20,000 nucleotides of DNA from Vicugna vicugna. Taxonomy: Eukaryota. The stretch covers positions 366,037-386,036 of the forward strand of contig MU057989.1 of assembly GCA_013265495.1 (NCBI GenBank), given 5' to 3'. Positions within the stretch are counted from its first letter, which is position 1; each line of letters starts with the position of its first letter. A program made the translations under genes and the position numbers. This document shows, one piece after another, positions 1 through 9,561 of this stretch. The notes under the pieces are model-generated. The model was not told where the DNA came from. It worked only from the letters and a program-made list of their open reading frames with translations, and searched no databases.

Positions 1-437
1 TATATAACACGAAACTCTGACTAACCTATCTCCCAGCCCCTCTTGCAGTTAAGTTGTGGGCACATGACTACCCATCAGCTGTCCTGACTCAACCTTTGAC
101 ACAAAGAAGGGGGACCAAGAGGAAATTTTTCTAGCAGTGGGAGCCATTGCAGGAAGATGGATTCCCAGGTTAACAGTGCTGTTGGTGGCACCCCATGTCC
201 CATGATAGCTGCGTCAGAGCCATGAACTGGAAGATTTATGCTTGGAGGCAGCAGGAACATTAGGATGCTAATCAGACCTGTTTTGTGGCATGATTTGGGC
301 CATTGTAGCTGCCATGTGACCTCCTGAGCCTGCTTCTATTGTTCAGTGTTTTTGAAAAGTATGTATTATCATTTTCAAGAAATCCTTTTCTGCTTAATTG
401 TCAAGACTTCGTTTTTGTTTTCAACTAAGAACTCTGA
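1..437 (+). mobile_element. ERVL-MaLR LTR remnant (MLT1 family)
   Basis: Motifs cccagcccctcttgcagtta..gggcacatgact and the terminal aaatccttttctgcttaa..gtttttgttttcaactaagaactctga resemble old MLT1 LTRs. Confidence 0.6.
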
Positions 438-1130
438 GTGAGGCCACAATGTAACCAAGCATCAGAAATGGATTTGAACCCTAACCTGGACAGCTACCAG
501 CACTCTTTCCAGCTTACTTCCCGTCCTCTATTTGGGTGTGCCGGTTTTGCCTTCCTGTGTAGGCTTTTGCTTCTCTGTCTATTAGGCAGTCGGGAGAAAG
601 CTGCAAGCTTCTGGATGTACATGTCCAGACCAAGGCATACTGAAAATGAGCCACAGGTCCTCAGCCTCAATTCCAGTTTCCCAAATCCAGTCATGAATCC
701 TCACTGGGCAGAAGGTGGTGGACTATAAATTGGGCTGCTGGAGCCCACACCCCTGTGACTTTATGGATTGGGGACCATCCTCAGAAAAGGGTGATCCATT
801 GTGATCTGGGAAGACATCCCAAAAGAAGTTTATTTTAGAAGCCTGTGGTTTATCAATCATGGCATGCTATGCTCTCTCTGATACATCTCTCTGGCCAGGT
901 TATTCTTTACATCAAATGCTTTAAAGGATTAAGTACAACTCTGTAATGCCACCCTCTCCCCACCCCAGCATCCCCATCTGCAAAAGCATCCCCAACTCTA
1001 CACAATAAATGACCAGATTTTGAGAAAAAAAGGGCTTAACTCAGATAACACTGCAGTAACTTCAGTTTCTGAACTAAGAAGATAAGAAAAATCAAATACA
1101 TAAACATAAGCCCAGATGAGCAAGGTGGTC

Positions 1131-1153
1131 TGGTGGTGGTGGTGGTGGTGGTG
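1131..1153 (+). repeat. (TGG)7 microsatellite
   Basis: Directly visible tggtggtgg run. Confidence 0.95.
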
Positions 1154-1169
1154 AAATTTGAGGTCTCAG

Positions 1170-1545
1170 AATTTTCTCTGGGACTTACCTCCACACAGAT
1201 TGCTTTATCTCCAAGTTCTGACCTACGAGTTAGATAATTTACTTTGTCATCATTGTTGGGTCCACAGGGACAAGGAATTAGGTGGGACAATTCCTTTCTG
1301 CTTGTCTCTAATAAGGCTCTCAGGGAATCTGGTCCCAGTGGCCATGAAGGCTACTGTAAACACCTATCTCTAATACCCAAAAACATCTTCCTGCACAGAA
1401 GGCTAAGACCATGATCTTCTGCTCCTCACTTGCTCAGGACGTACCTATATTTCCAAGACTTTCCAAACCTTATAATAAAGAGGAGCACAGGCCAGTTCCT
1501 CAAAGGTGAAGATCAGTTGGTAGCAATAGCACCAACTTCTCCCAG
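1170..1545 (+). promoter_or_regulatory. Candidate OR promoter and first non-coding exon
   Basis: O/E (EBF)-like motifs TCTCTGGGA (1175-1183), TCCACAGGGA (1261-1270) and TCTCAGGGAA (1318-1327), interleaved with TAAT/ATTA homeodomain cores. TATAATAAA near 1471. All lie upstream of a strong donor. Confidence 0.4.
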
Positions 1546-2023
1546 GTAAGTTTGTAACAGTGGAAATATCATTATTTCTTTACTAATGGGTGAAGTTTTT
1601 TGAAGAACCTCCTTTGTTAAATCTTCCAGATACAGGCAGTAGTAGTAAGAGTCCTGAATCCATCAGCTGGAGCTTGAGATAAACCCAGTAATAATCAGCT
1701 GTTTCTCTTTTGGCTACAAGCTACTGAGAAGTGGGAGAAAGCCTGAGAATGTTAAAAGAGATTTACATAATGGTAGAGAAGGGCTGTGTGTGTACCTGTG
1801 TGTTGTTATGTTATATTCGATAAAAATTTTAAAATCAGCCTAGTGAGGCCAGAATTATCTGGGATTGGGAGTTGGATTATGAGGGTGTAGGGAGTAGGGG
1901 CAGAGTCTACAAGTCTAACACAGCTTTACCAACATGATCATGACTGGAGCTTGGATTATTGTATCCAAACCCTTAGCTTTTATGTTTCCAACCTCTACTT
2001 CTCTTCTCTGCATCTGAGTGCAG
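1546..2023 (+). other. Probable 5'UTR intron of the OR gene
   Basis: Consensus donor CAG|GTAAGT at 1543-1551. Pyrimidine tract ctctacttctcttctctg followed by tgcag|ccccATG, 4 nt before the start codon. This is typical OR gene architecture. Confidence 0.55.
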
Positions 2024-2027
2024 CCCC

Positions 2028-2969
2028 ATGAGAGGGGCAAACCAGTCGAGTGTCTCTGAGTTCTTCCTCCTGGGGCTCTCCAGGCGGCCCCAGCAGCAGC
2101 AGCAGCTCCTCTTCATGCTCTTCCTGAGCATGTACTTGGCCACGGTCCTGGGAAACCTGCTCATCCTCCTGGCCATCAGCATGGACTCCCGCCTGCATAT
2201 CCCCATGTACTTCTTTATCAGCAATCTGTCCTTCGTAGACATCTGCTTCTCCTCCACCATTGTCCCCAAGATGCTGGCCAACCACATGCTCGGGAGCCAG
2301 ACCATCTCCTTCTCTGCGTGTCTCACGCAGATGTATTTTGTTTTCATGTTTGTGGACATGGACAATTTCCTCCTGGCTGTGATGGCCTATGACCGCTTTG
2401 TTGCTGTATGCCACCCCTTACACTACTCAGCAAAGATGACCCACCAGCTCTGTGCTCTGCTGGTCACTGGGTCGTGGGTCATTGCCAACCTGAGTGTCCT
2501 GTTGCACACCTTGCTGATGGCTCAGCTCTCGTTCTGTGCAGACAACACCATTCCCCACTTCTTCTGTGATGTGACCTCCCTCCTGAAACTCTCCTGCTCT
2601 GACACATATCTCAATGAGATGATGATTCTATCTGAAGCAGGGCTGATAACGATCGCTCCATTTATTTGCATTCTGGTATCTTACATCCTTATCACCTGTA
2701 CTGTCCTGAGAGTCCCATCCACAAAGGGAAGATGGAAAGCCTTCTCCACCTGTGGCTCCCACCTGGCTGTGGTTTCCCTCTTCTATGGCACCATCATATT
2801 TCTGTATTTCAATCCTTCATCCTCCCACTCTGCTGAGACAGATATAGCAGCTGCTGTGATGTTCTCAGTGGTGACTCCCATGCTGAACCCCTTCATCTAC
2901 AGCCTGAGAAACCAGGATATAAAAGGGGCTCTTAGAAAAGTTGCAATGACTTTTTTTTCAACTCAATAA
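2028..2969 (+). CDS. OR1F1: Olfactory receptor, family 1 subfamily F (OR1F1-like; possibly the ortholog of human OR1F2P), intact, 313 aa
   Basis: Uninterrupted ATG..TAA ORF with class II OR motifs: N-terminal NQS sequon, GN in TM1, LHxPMYFF, MAYDRFVAVCHPLHY, HFFCD..LLKLSC, KAFSTCGSHL, PMLNPFIYSLRN. It closely resembles recalled human OR1F1/OR1F2P and lies next to ZNF200 as in human. The symbol is reliable at subfamily level only. Confidence 0.95.
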   Translation: MRGANQSSVSEFFLLGLSRRPQQQQQLLFMLFLSMYLATVLGNLLILLAISMDSRLHIPMYFFISNLSFVDICFSSTIVPKMLANHMLGSQTISFSACLTQMYFVFMFVDMDNFLLAVMAYDRFVAVCHPLHYSAKMTHQLCALLVTGSWVIANLSVLLHTLLMAQLSFCADNTIPHFFCDVTSLLKLSCSDTYLNEMMILSEAGLITIAPFICILVSYILITCTVLRVPSTKGRWKAFSTCGSHLAVVSLFYGTIIFLYFNPSSSHSAETDIAAAVMFSVVTPMLNPFIYSLRNQDIKGALRKVAMTFFSTQ

Positions 2970-3084
2970 TGAAATGGGCTAAGAAAATCACGAAGGGAAC
3001 TAACTGCTAGGAAAATCATCTTTGTTTTTTCGATTGTGTAAAACATAGCTTTCGTCTTTTGTGAGAGAATCATCTACTATCAAT

Positions 3085-4050
3085 TGAAATATGGCTGATT
3101 TACAATATCCCTGTTTATAGTAACTTTTTGTGTTTTAAAGTCTATTTTGTCTGATATGAGTATAGCCACTTCAGCTCTCCTGTGGCTTCTGTTTGCATGA
3201 CACATTTTCCCCCAATTTTCTACTTCCATCTACTGTGTCTTTGAATTTAAAGTGCATACTCTGTAAGCAATGCATACTTTGATCATGTTTTAATCTGGTG
3301 TGATGATTTCTGACTTTTGGTTGGATTGTTTAACCAATTAACTTTTAATATTAATGCCTGCCATTTTACTTTGTTTTTCATATATCTTGTGTCTTTTCTG
3401 TGTCTTTACTGCTCTCTTTTGCATTATGTGTATATTTTGTAATGTAGCATTTTAACCCCAGTAATAATTTTTTTCACTATTTTTTTAAGTGGTTGCTCTA
3501 GGTTTTACTATATACACTTTCATTTATCAAAACAGCTTCAGATTTATACTAGCTTAATTCCTGTGATATAAAGAAATGCTTCTCCTTTATAGCTCTATTA
3601 CCTTTCCCCATTTTGAGTATTCTTTGTGTATTATTGGTTTACATATTATATCAATGTTACAAGCTCAACAGTACATTCTTATAATCATTATCTTTCCATT
3701 TGTGGTCATTTCCTTAACCTATTACAGTTTTACTCCCTCCCACCTCCAGTGTGCTATTATTGGCAAGTATATTTCTATATGCTATAGGCCCAACAATACA
3801 TTACATTCATATTATTTTATCCACTTGCGATTTAAATCACTTAAGAGAGGAAAGGAGAAAAAATGCACTTATCTTTCATAATTACTTGCCTTTATCAGTG
3901 CTCTTTGTTTTTCTGTGTGGATTTTAATTGCCATCTGTGGTCACTTGCTTTCAGCATGAAGGAATTTTTTTAGTACTTTTTGTAAAGCAGGTCTGCATCA
4001 TTTCTGAAAGCCTTACTGGATATAGGGTTCTTGATTTTCATTTTCTTTCC
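3085..4050 (-). mobile_element. Old L1M fragment
   Basis: Antisense L1 phrases such as aaagtctattttgtctgatatgagtatagccacttcagctctc, gtggttgctctagg and tttttgtaaagcaggtctgc. AT-rich, with no ORF. Confidence 0.7.
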
Positions 4051-5430
4051 TAGGCATTTTTCTCTTAAATTGTTTTTATTATTTGTGAGAGTTCTTTAAA
4101 TGTTGACCCCATAGTAAATTGTTGAACAATATTTTTTGTTCACTAGACAACTTTTCACAAATGCTACAACTATTTTTCTGCAGTTTATGCTTTATCTTTT
4201 GGTTTTGTTAAAGTTTTGGCCATATTATATATTTTAGTTTTCTATAATTATAACTAGCAAAAGAATTTATTTTTCATTTTATTCCACTTCTCTTATGCTT
4301 TATGTTTTCTTCCCCACTCTTTCATTACTTAATTCTTCAGCTATATTTTCTTCTAGCTGTTTTTAGTTTTAACAATTTAAATTGATAATTTGTGTTTAAG
4401 GTTCTAATTTCATTTCTTCGTGTATTTATAAAATTGCTCCAGTTACTTTTAAGCAACACTTCCTTACTTCACTATTTGTAACACTACTTTCATCATTTGT
4501 AAAATACTGATCATTATATCTAATATGTGTTGGGAACTTAAAATGAGCTAGCCTATTGGCCTTTGGCTTCACATTTATCTTAATATTTCAGCCATGAGGT
4601 AAGTATCATTATCATCCCCACTCAAGGCCATCCCTGGGTTTAGAGAGATTAAGTGACTGCCTCAAGGTCCCACAGTTTGGACATGGTGGGACCAGGTTTC
4701 TTACATATCCAGATCCATGACCAAGTACATCCTCTGAATGACTACAAATTCATATAAACACCTATAGCTATAGATATATAAATATAGGTATAGAGATAGA
4801 TATATTTTTTAGATTCTCTGTTCTGATACATTGATATGAGCTTTTATTATTGTGATAATACCATGCTACTTTAGTTTGAGGCTTTTTTGAAGCTTTGTAG
4901 TACTTTGTAATATCTGGTAGATTATTCTTGCAAAATTATACCAGGTTGCAGGCATAGAAATGTTTACTATTGTAAACATGCATAGACTTAACACTTGGAA
5001 ATAACCCAAGTGTCCAATTCAGTAAATTATGATCCATCCTTATAAAGAAGTCCAGTATAGCCACTTAAAGAATGTGGGAGATTTGTAAGTTCTGATGTGG
5101 AAAGAATTCCTAGGATATAATTTAAGGAGTGTTTTATAGAATAATCCCTTTTATGTAGCTAAAAATAAAGGATTATATGGGCATAAACTTTTAGGAGAGA
5201 TACCCCAAAACTCTTAATCAGTTCCACCTTTTTGTGTTAATACATATGGACTTACCTCATCTTTCAAAGAAATGTATACTGTGTATCAAGTTTATCAAAA
5301 TAGGTAAATAAAGAACCCCCCCACCAGTCTAGTAGTCATATAATTTTATTTAAATAGCTGTGATTTGTGAATATTTAGGTTTTTCTAGTGTTTTATCATT
5401 ACAGATGTGCATATAACCTTGCTTACATGT
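4050..5430. mobile_element. Patchwork of very old L1M(E)-like fragments
   Basis: AT-rich sequence with degraded L1 3' phrases, e.g. cttggaaataacccaagtgtcca on + and ctgttctgatacattgat on -. Boundaries are uncertain. Confidence 0.45.
4590..4705 (-). mobile_element. MIR fragment
   Basis: atgaggtaagtatcattatcatcccca...agagagattaagtgactgcctcaaggtcccacag matches the MIR core in antisense. Confidence 0.75.
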
Positions 5431-5444
5431 GCAAGAATATCTTT

Positions 5445-5545
5445 TCAGACCACATTATCCCCATTTCTGACTTCTTTGTATTTATCCTTTTTGCTAGAAT
5501 GTAATCTCCATAAGGACAAGGATTTTTATTTGTTTTGACCACTGT
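5445..5545 (+). mobile_element. L2 3' fragment
   Basis: ctagaatgtaatctccataaggacaaggattttt..tgttttgaccactgt is the typical L2 3' end. Confidence 0.6.
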
Positions 5546-5547
5546 TT

Positions 5548-6400
5548 GTAATAGATTATTATTTGGCAAATGTTCAGTCCCCACTCACTTCCCCTTGGGG
5601 TAACATATTCTTTCCTATTCTGTTGACTTTGATCTTGGCTCTGTGACTTGCTTTAGTCAGCAAAATGTGAGCAGTCAAAACATGACACCTGAAATCTGCT
5701 TCTGCAGCTTGGTTTGTCCCTTGCACTCCTATGATAGCCACAAAAAGGACATTCATCAGGGAGCTGCTATCCCTCTAGTCCAAGTTCCAGAATGTGACAC
5801 AGGAACCAGACCTGAATCCAACCTGACGTCTAGGGTGAAGCAGAGCCACCACAACCTACCTACAGACCCATGAGTGAGAAAAATAAATGCTTGCTATAAT
5901 CCACTGAGTTTTGGGATATCTTTCCCAAGCAGCACTGGAGCAATAACTAACTAATTCAGTGGAAGATGTGGAGGGTGTTGTAACAAAAGCCTAAAATATG
6001 TGGTATTGGTCTTAGGATCAGGTGAAGAAATTGTTATAGGAGGATGGAAAATGGTTACTGTGTTGTATACTGGTGAAACATTTGGTAAAACTGTTGTCTT
6101 CAGTAACTTGGCAGCCTTAAAAACCTTGTGGCATTTGGCAAGGATGTTGTGAGGCAGAATACTGGCACTATTGGTTGACTGTGGAGAGCTGATTCTTGTT
6201 GGTTATTGGAAAGATATGAGTATCAACTGGAAAGATATTTGGTTAGACATTGATAGTTAATTTGGTTATATAAGGAAAAAAATAATGAACTCAGGAAACA
6301 ACTGTCTAGTTTTTAAGAAGAACTTAGAGGGAAAATAGTCCAGAAGTTGTGGAGTCAGAAAGTGTAACTGTTTTTCACCAGGTCAAAGTTGTGGCCACTT
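5548..6400 (+). mobile_element. MLT1 LTR (~5548-5958) with adjoining MLT1 internal sequence
   Basis: TG start; cttggctctgtgacttgctttagtcagcaaaatg; AATAAA at 5882; 3' end gcaataactaactaattca. It is followed by MaLR-internal-like cctaaaatatgtggtattgg..catttggtaaaactgttgtc. Confidence 0.7.
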
Positions 6401-6559
6401 AAAACCCATGACACTGCCCTGTATCCATTACCTAGATGCAATCATTATCAATTCATGGTCAATATTGTTTCATTTATATGCCTTACCTATTTTTCCTGCT
6501 TTATTTTAAATTCCAGGCATAATTTCATCTGTAAATATTTCTCTATGTATCTAAAATTA

Positions 6560-8265
6560 AGGTCACTTTGGTATAATTGCTAGTGAGTTCCAGAAGTACC
6601 CCCCCCTTGGGACTTTCCACAATCACATCACCTGCAAATAAATTTTTTCTTCCTCCCCAACCCGTATACCTTTCATTTCTTTGTCCTGTGGCATTAGCTA
6701 GAACTTCCAGTATGTGTTGGCTAGGAGTGGTGAGAGGGGATATATTTGTTCCTGATCTTTCTCCCTTATTCCTGATCTTAGGGGGAAGGCATCTAGTTCT
6801 GACCATTAATTATGATGTTGGCTGTAAGTTTTTGTACATGTTCTTTATCAAGTTGAGGGAGTTTCCCTCTATTTTTAGTTTGCTGAGGGTTTTTGTCATG
6901 AATAGGTGATGGATTTTGTCAAATGCCTTTTCTACATCTGATTATGTGATTTTTCTTCTTTAGCCTATTGATGTGATGGATTGCATTCATTGATTTTCAA
7001 ATGTTGAACCAGCCTTGCATCCCTGGAGTAAATTTCATTTGATCATGGTGTATAATTCTTTTTATACACTGTTGGATTCTAGTTGATAATATTTTGTTGA
7101 GAATTTTGGCATCAATGCCCATGAGGGATATTAGTCTGTAGTTTTCCTTTCTTGTAATGGCTTTGTCTGGTTTTGGTATTTCAGTAATGCTGGCCTGGTA
7201 GAATGAGGTTAGGAAGTGTTCCTTCTGCTTTGCTTGTATTTTCTGTAAGAGATGGTAGAGAACTGGCATGTTTTCTTCCTTAAACATTTTGTAGAATTCA
7301 TAATGAAATCATCTGTGCCAGTGCCTTTTGTTTTGGAAGGTTATTAATTATTTATAGTTTCTTCAGTACAGGGTTATTCAGATGATTTTTCTTTGAGCAA
7401 GTTTTGGTAGGTTGTGTCTTTCAAGGAATTGGTCCATTTCATCTAGGTTATCAAATTTATGGGTGTAGAGTTATTCATAATATTCCTTTACTATCGTATT
7501 TTCCACAGGATTCATAGTGATGGCCCCCTTTTTCATTTCTGATAATAGTAATTTGTACCTTTTTTCTTTTATTGGTTAGTCTGGGTAGGGGGTTATCAAT
7601 TGTATACATCTTTTCAAAGAAATAGCTTTTGGTTTTGTTTTTCTGTATTGATTTCCTGTTTTAATTTCATTGATTTGTTTTTTTAGGGGGGAAGTAATTA
7701 GGTTTATTTGTTTATTTAATGGAGGTACTGGGGATTGAACTCAGGACCTTGTGCACGTTAAGCACACACTCTACCACTGAACTTTACCCTCCCACCAATT
7801 TCATTGATTTCTATTCTAGTTTTTATTACGTCTTTTCTTCTGTTTGGATTTAATTTCCTCTTCTTTTGTAGATCTTACAGTGGAAACTTGGATTTTTGAT
7901 TTTAGATCTTTCCTCTTTTATAATATATGCATCCATTGCTTTCACTGCATCCCACAAATTCTGGTAAGTTGTATGTCCATTTTCATTTAGTTTAAAATAT
8001 TTTAAAATTTCCCTTGAGTCATCTTTGACTCATATGTTACTTACATATGTGTTGTTAAATTTCCAAATATTTTTGGATTTTTCAACTAATGTTTTGTTAT
8101 TAATTTCTAGTATACTGTGATCTAACAGTATACTTTGTATGATTCCTACGCTTTTAAATTTGCTAAGGTGTGTTTCATGGCCCAGATGTGGTCTGTCTTG
8201 GTGATGTTTGACGTTGGGGCTTGAAAAGGATGTGTCTTCTGTTGTTGGGTGAAATATTCTATGAA
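6560..8265 (-). mobile_element. Decayed L1M ORF2 segment (reverse transcriptase region), interrupted by a SINE
   Basis: Minus-strand ORF 6997-7287 reads [68 protein letters not shown], an L1 RT signature. Flanks 6577-6909 are also L1-like but frameshifted. Confidence 0.92.
7677..7796 (-). mobile_element. Camelid tRNA-derived SINE (Vic-1 type) with 14-bp target-site duplication
   Basis: Antisense tRNA-like head (ggaggtactggggattgaactcaggacct...ctctaccactga). Exact TSD AATTTCATTGATTT at 7663-7676 and 7797-7810. Confidence 0.92.
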
Positions 8266-8729
8266 TGCTTAGTGAAGTGTTGGACTTGAAGGTGAAACTG
8301 GAGTGGCCTCAGGAGAGAACAGAGGATGAGACCCATCCTGACAACTAACCTTAATGAGAAGCATTGTTTTTATTAGCTTTATAATATCCCACCATATTTA
8401 TTCAACCATTTAGGATGTTTCTAATTTTTCAGCATTTATAATAAATTCCCTTGTACACAGAAGATAAATTGCTGGGTCAGGGGGCAATAATTTTAACATT
8501 CTTGTTACAGTAGATGCATGCTGCTTTCATTCCTCTTTCGCAAAGCCAACCACATACACACACATGCACAACCTGCTCATTTAATACCCCTAAAATGGCA
8601 TCTTGTTCTTTCAGTATATAATCATTAGATTACTAGTAAGGCTGAACATCCATCCTTTCATATACTTCTTTTGGCCATTCTTGTTTTTTTAATCTCAAAA
8701 TTATGTTTATGTCCTGTTATTGGAGCATT

Positions 8730-8985
8730 CACTCACTGCTCCCGTACCCCACTCCCCCCATCTCCTCCCTCTGGTCTCAGTCTACATGCCACTTCCCCAG
8801 AGTTCTCCCTACAAGACTCACTAGCATCATTCCTAGAATTCTTTCCTTCCTAGCACTTGTCAGTGTGTAGCTGCATGCATTTTTAAGATTAACTGAATTT
8901 CTGCCCCCACCTGCACCCCATGTCCCAGGAAGCTCCATCGGTGTGCTGCTCCCTTTTACAACCCAGGGCCTGGCACTGGCTCTTT
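8730..8985 (+). mobile_element. Degraded L2 3' fragment
   Basis: tcagtctacatgccacttccccagag..., tagcacttgtca, gaagctccat and cccagggcctggcac appear in L2 3'-end order. Confidence 0.5.
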
Positions 8986-9524
8986 AGGGGGTGCATTCTT
9001 TAGGTTTGTAGTTATTGGAATGGGATCTTTGGGCCTTCATTTTGTAACTGGCCCTTGCTGCTCTACGTGAAAACCATTCATTGTTGTGTTTACTTTTCTT
9101 CATTAACTGGTGCTGGGCTCCTCATTAAGCACTTAGTCGTTGTCTGACAGCTTCTCTGTGAACCAGACGATTGGGGAAGGCAGGCCCCGCCCTCTGGGGG
9201 ATCTTGACCTTGAGTTCTGCCACAGCCACAGGCAGGGCAGAGGCACTTGCTGGGTGTTGGGGGGGAGGTGGGTAAGTTGGGTCATGGGAGCATCATCCAT
9301 CCAAACACCTTGGGGACCTTGTGGCAAGACCCCTGGGCAGGGACCAGGACCATCTTGCTCCAGGAACCCCACCCTCTCTAGTCACTGCCCAGCAGCTGTT
9401 TAAGTTTTCCAGGTGTGCAGGGGGGTCCCCTGCATGATAACTGGGCAGGCCTGGCCAGACTTCCAAAGAAACAAGAGAATAACGTCGGCAGCCAGTTTTG
9501 TCCCTTATTTTAAGGGGTAGAGTA

Positions 9525-9561
9525 GGCTTGAAACACAAAGTTGATAAAGATCTGTTTTAAT
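9525..9561 (-). terminator. Candidate ZNF200 polyadenylation signal
   Basis: ATTAAA on - (tttaat 9556-9561 on +), followed about 15-25 nt later by the GU/U-rich element CTTTGTGTTT. Confidence 0.4.

Noticed and set aside
1973..2414. Two minus-strand ORFs (130 and 139 aa) overlapping the OR
   Set aside because: Shadow ORFs arising from OR codon bias, with no domain or independent signals.
3576..3881. 101-aa hydrophobic ORF, and similar short ORFs at 14982 and 15462
   Set aside because: They lie within T-rich antisense L1 relics, so the hydrophobicity is compositional.
6207..6238. TGGAAAGATAT direct repeat, 21 nt apart
   Set aside because: Only two copies, inside a decayed MaLR internal region; a local duplication, not an array.
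6997..7287. 96-aa reverse-transcriptase-like ORF
   Set aside because: A fragment of a frameshifted ancient L1 ORF2, not a gene or a novel RT system.
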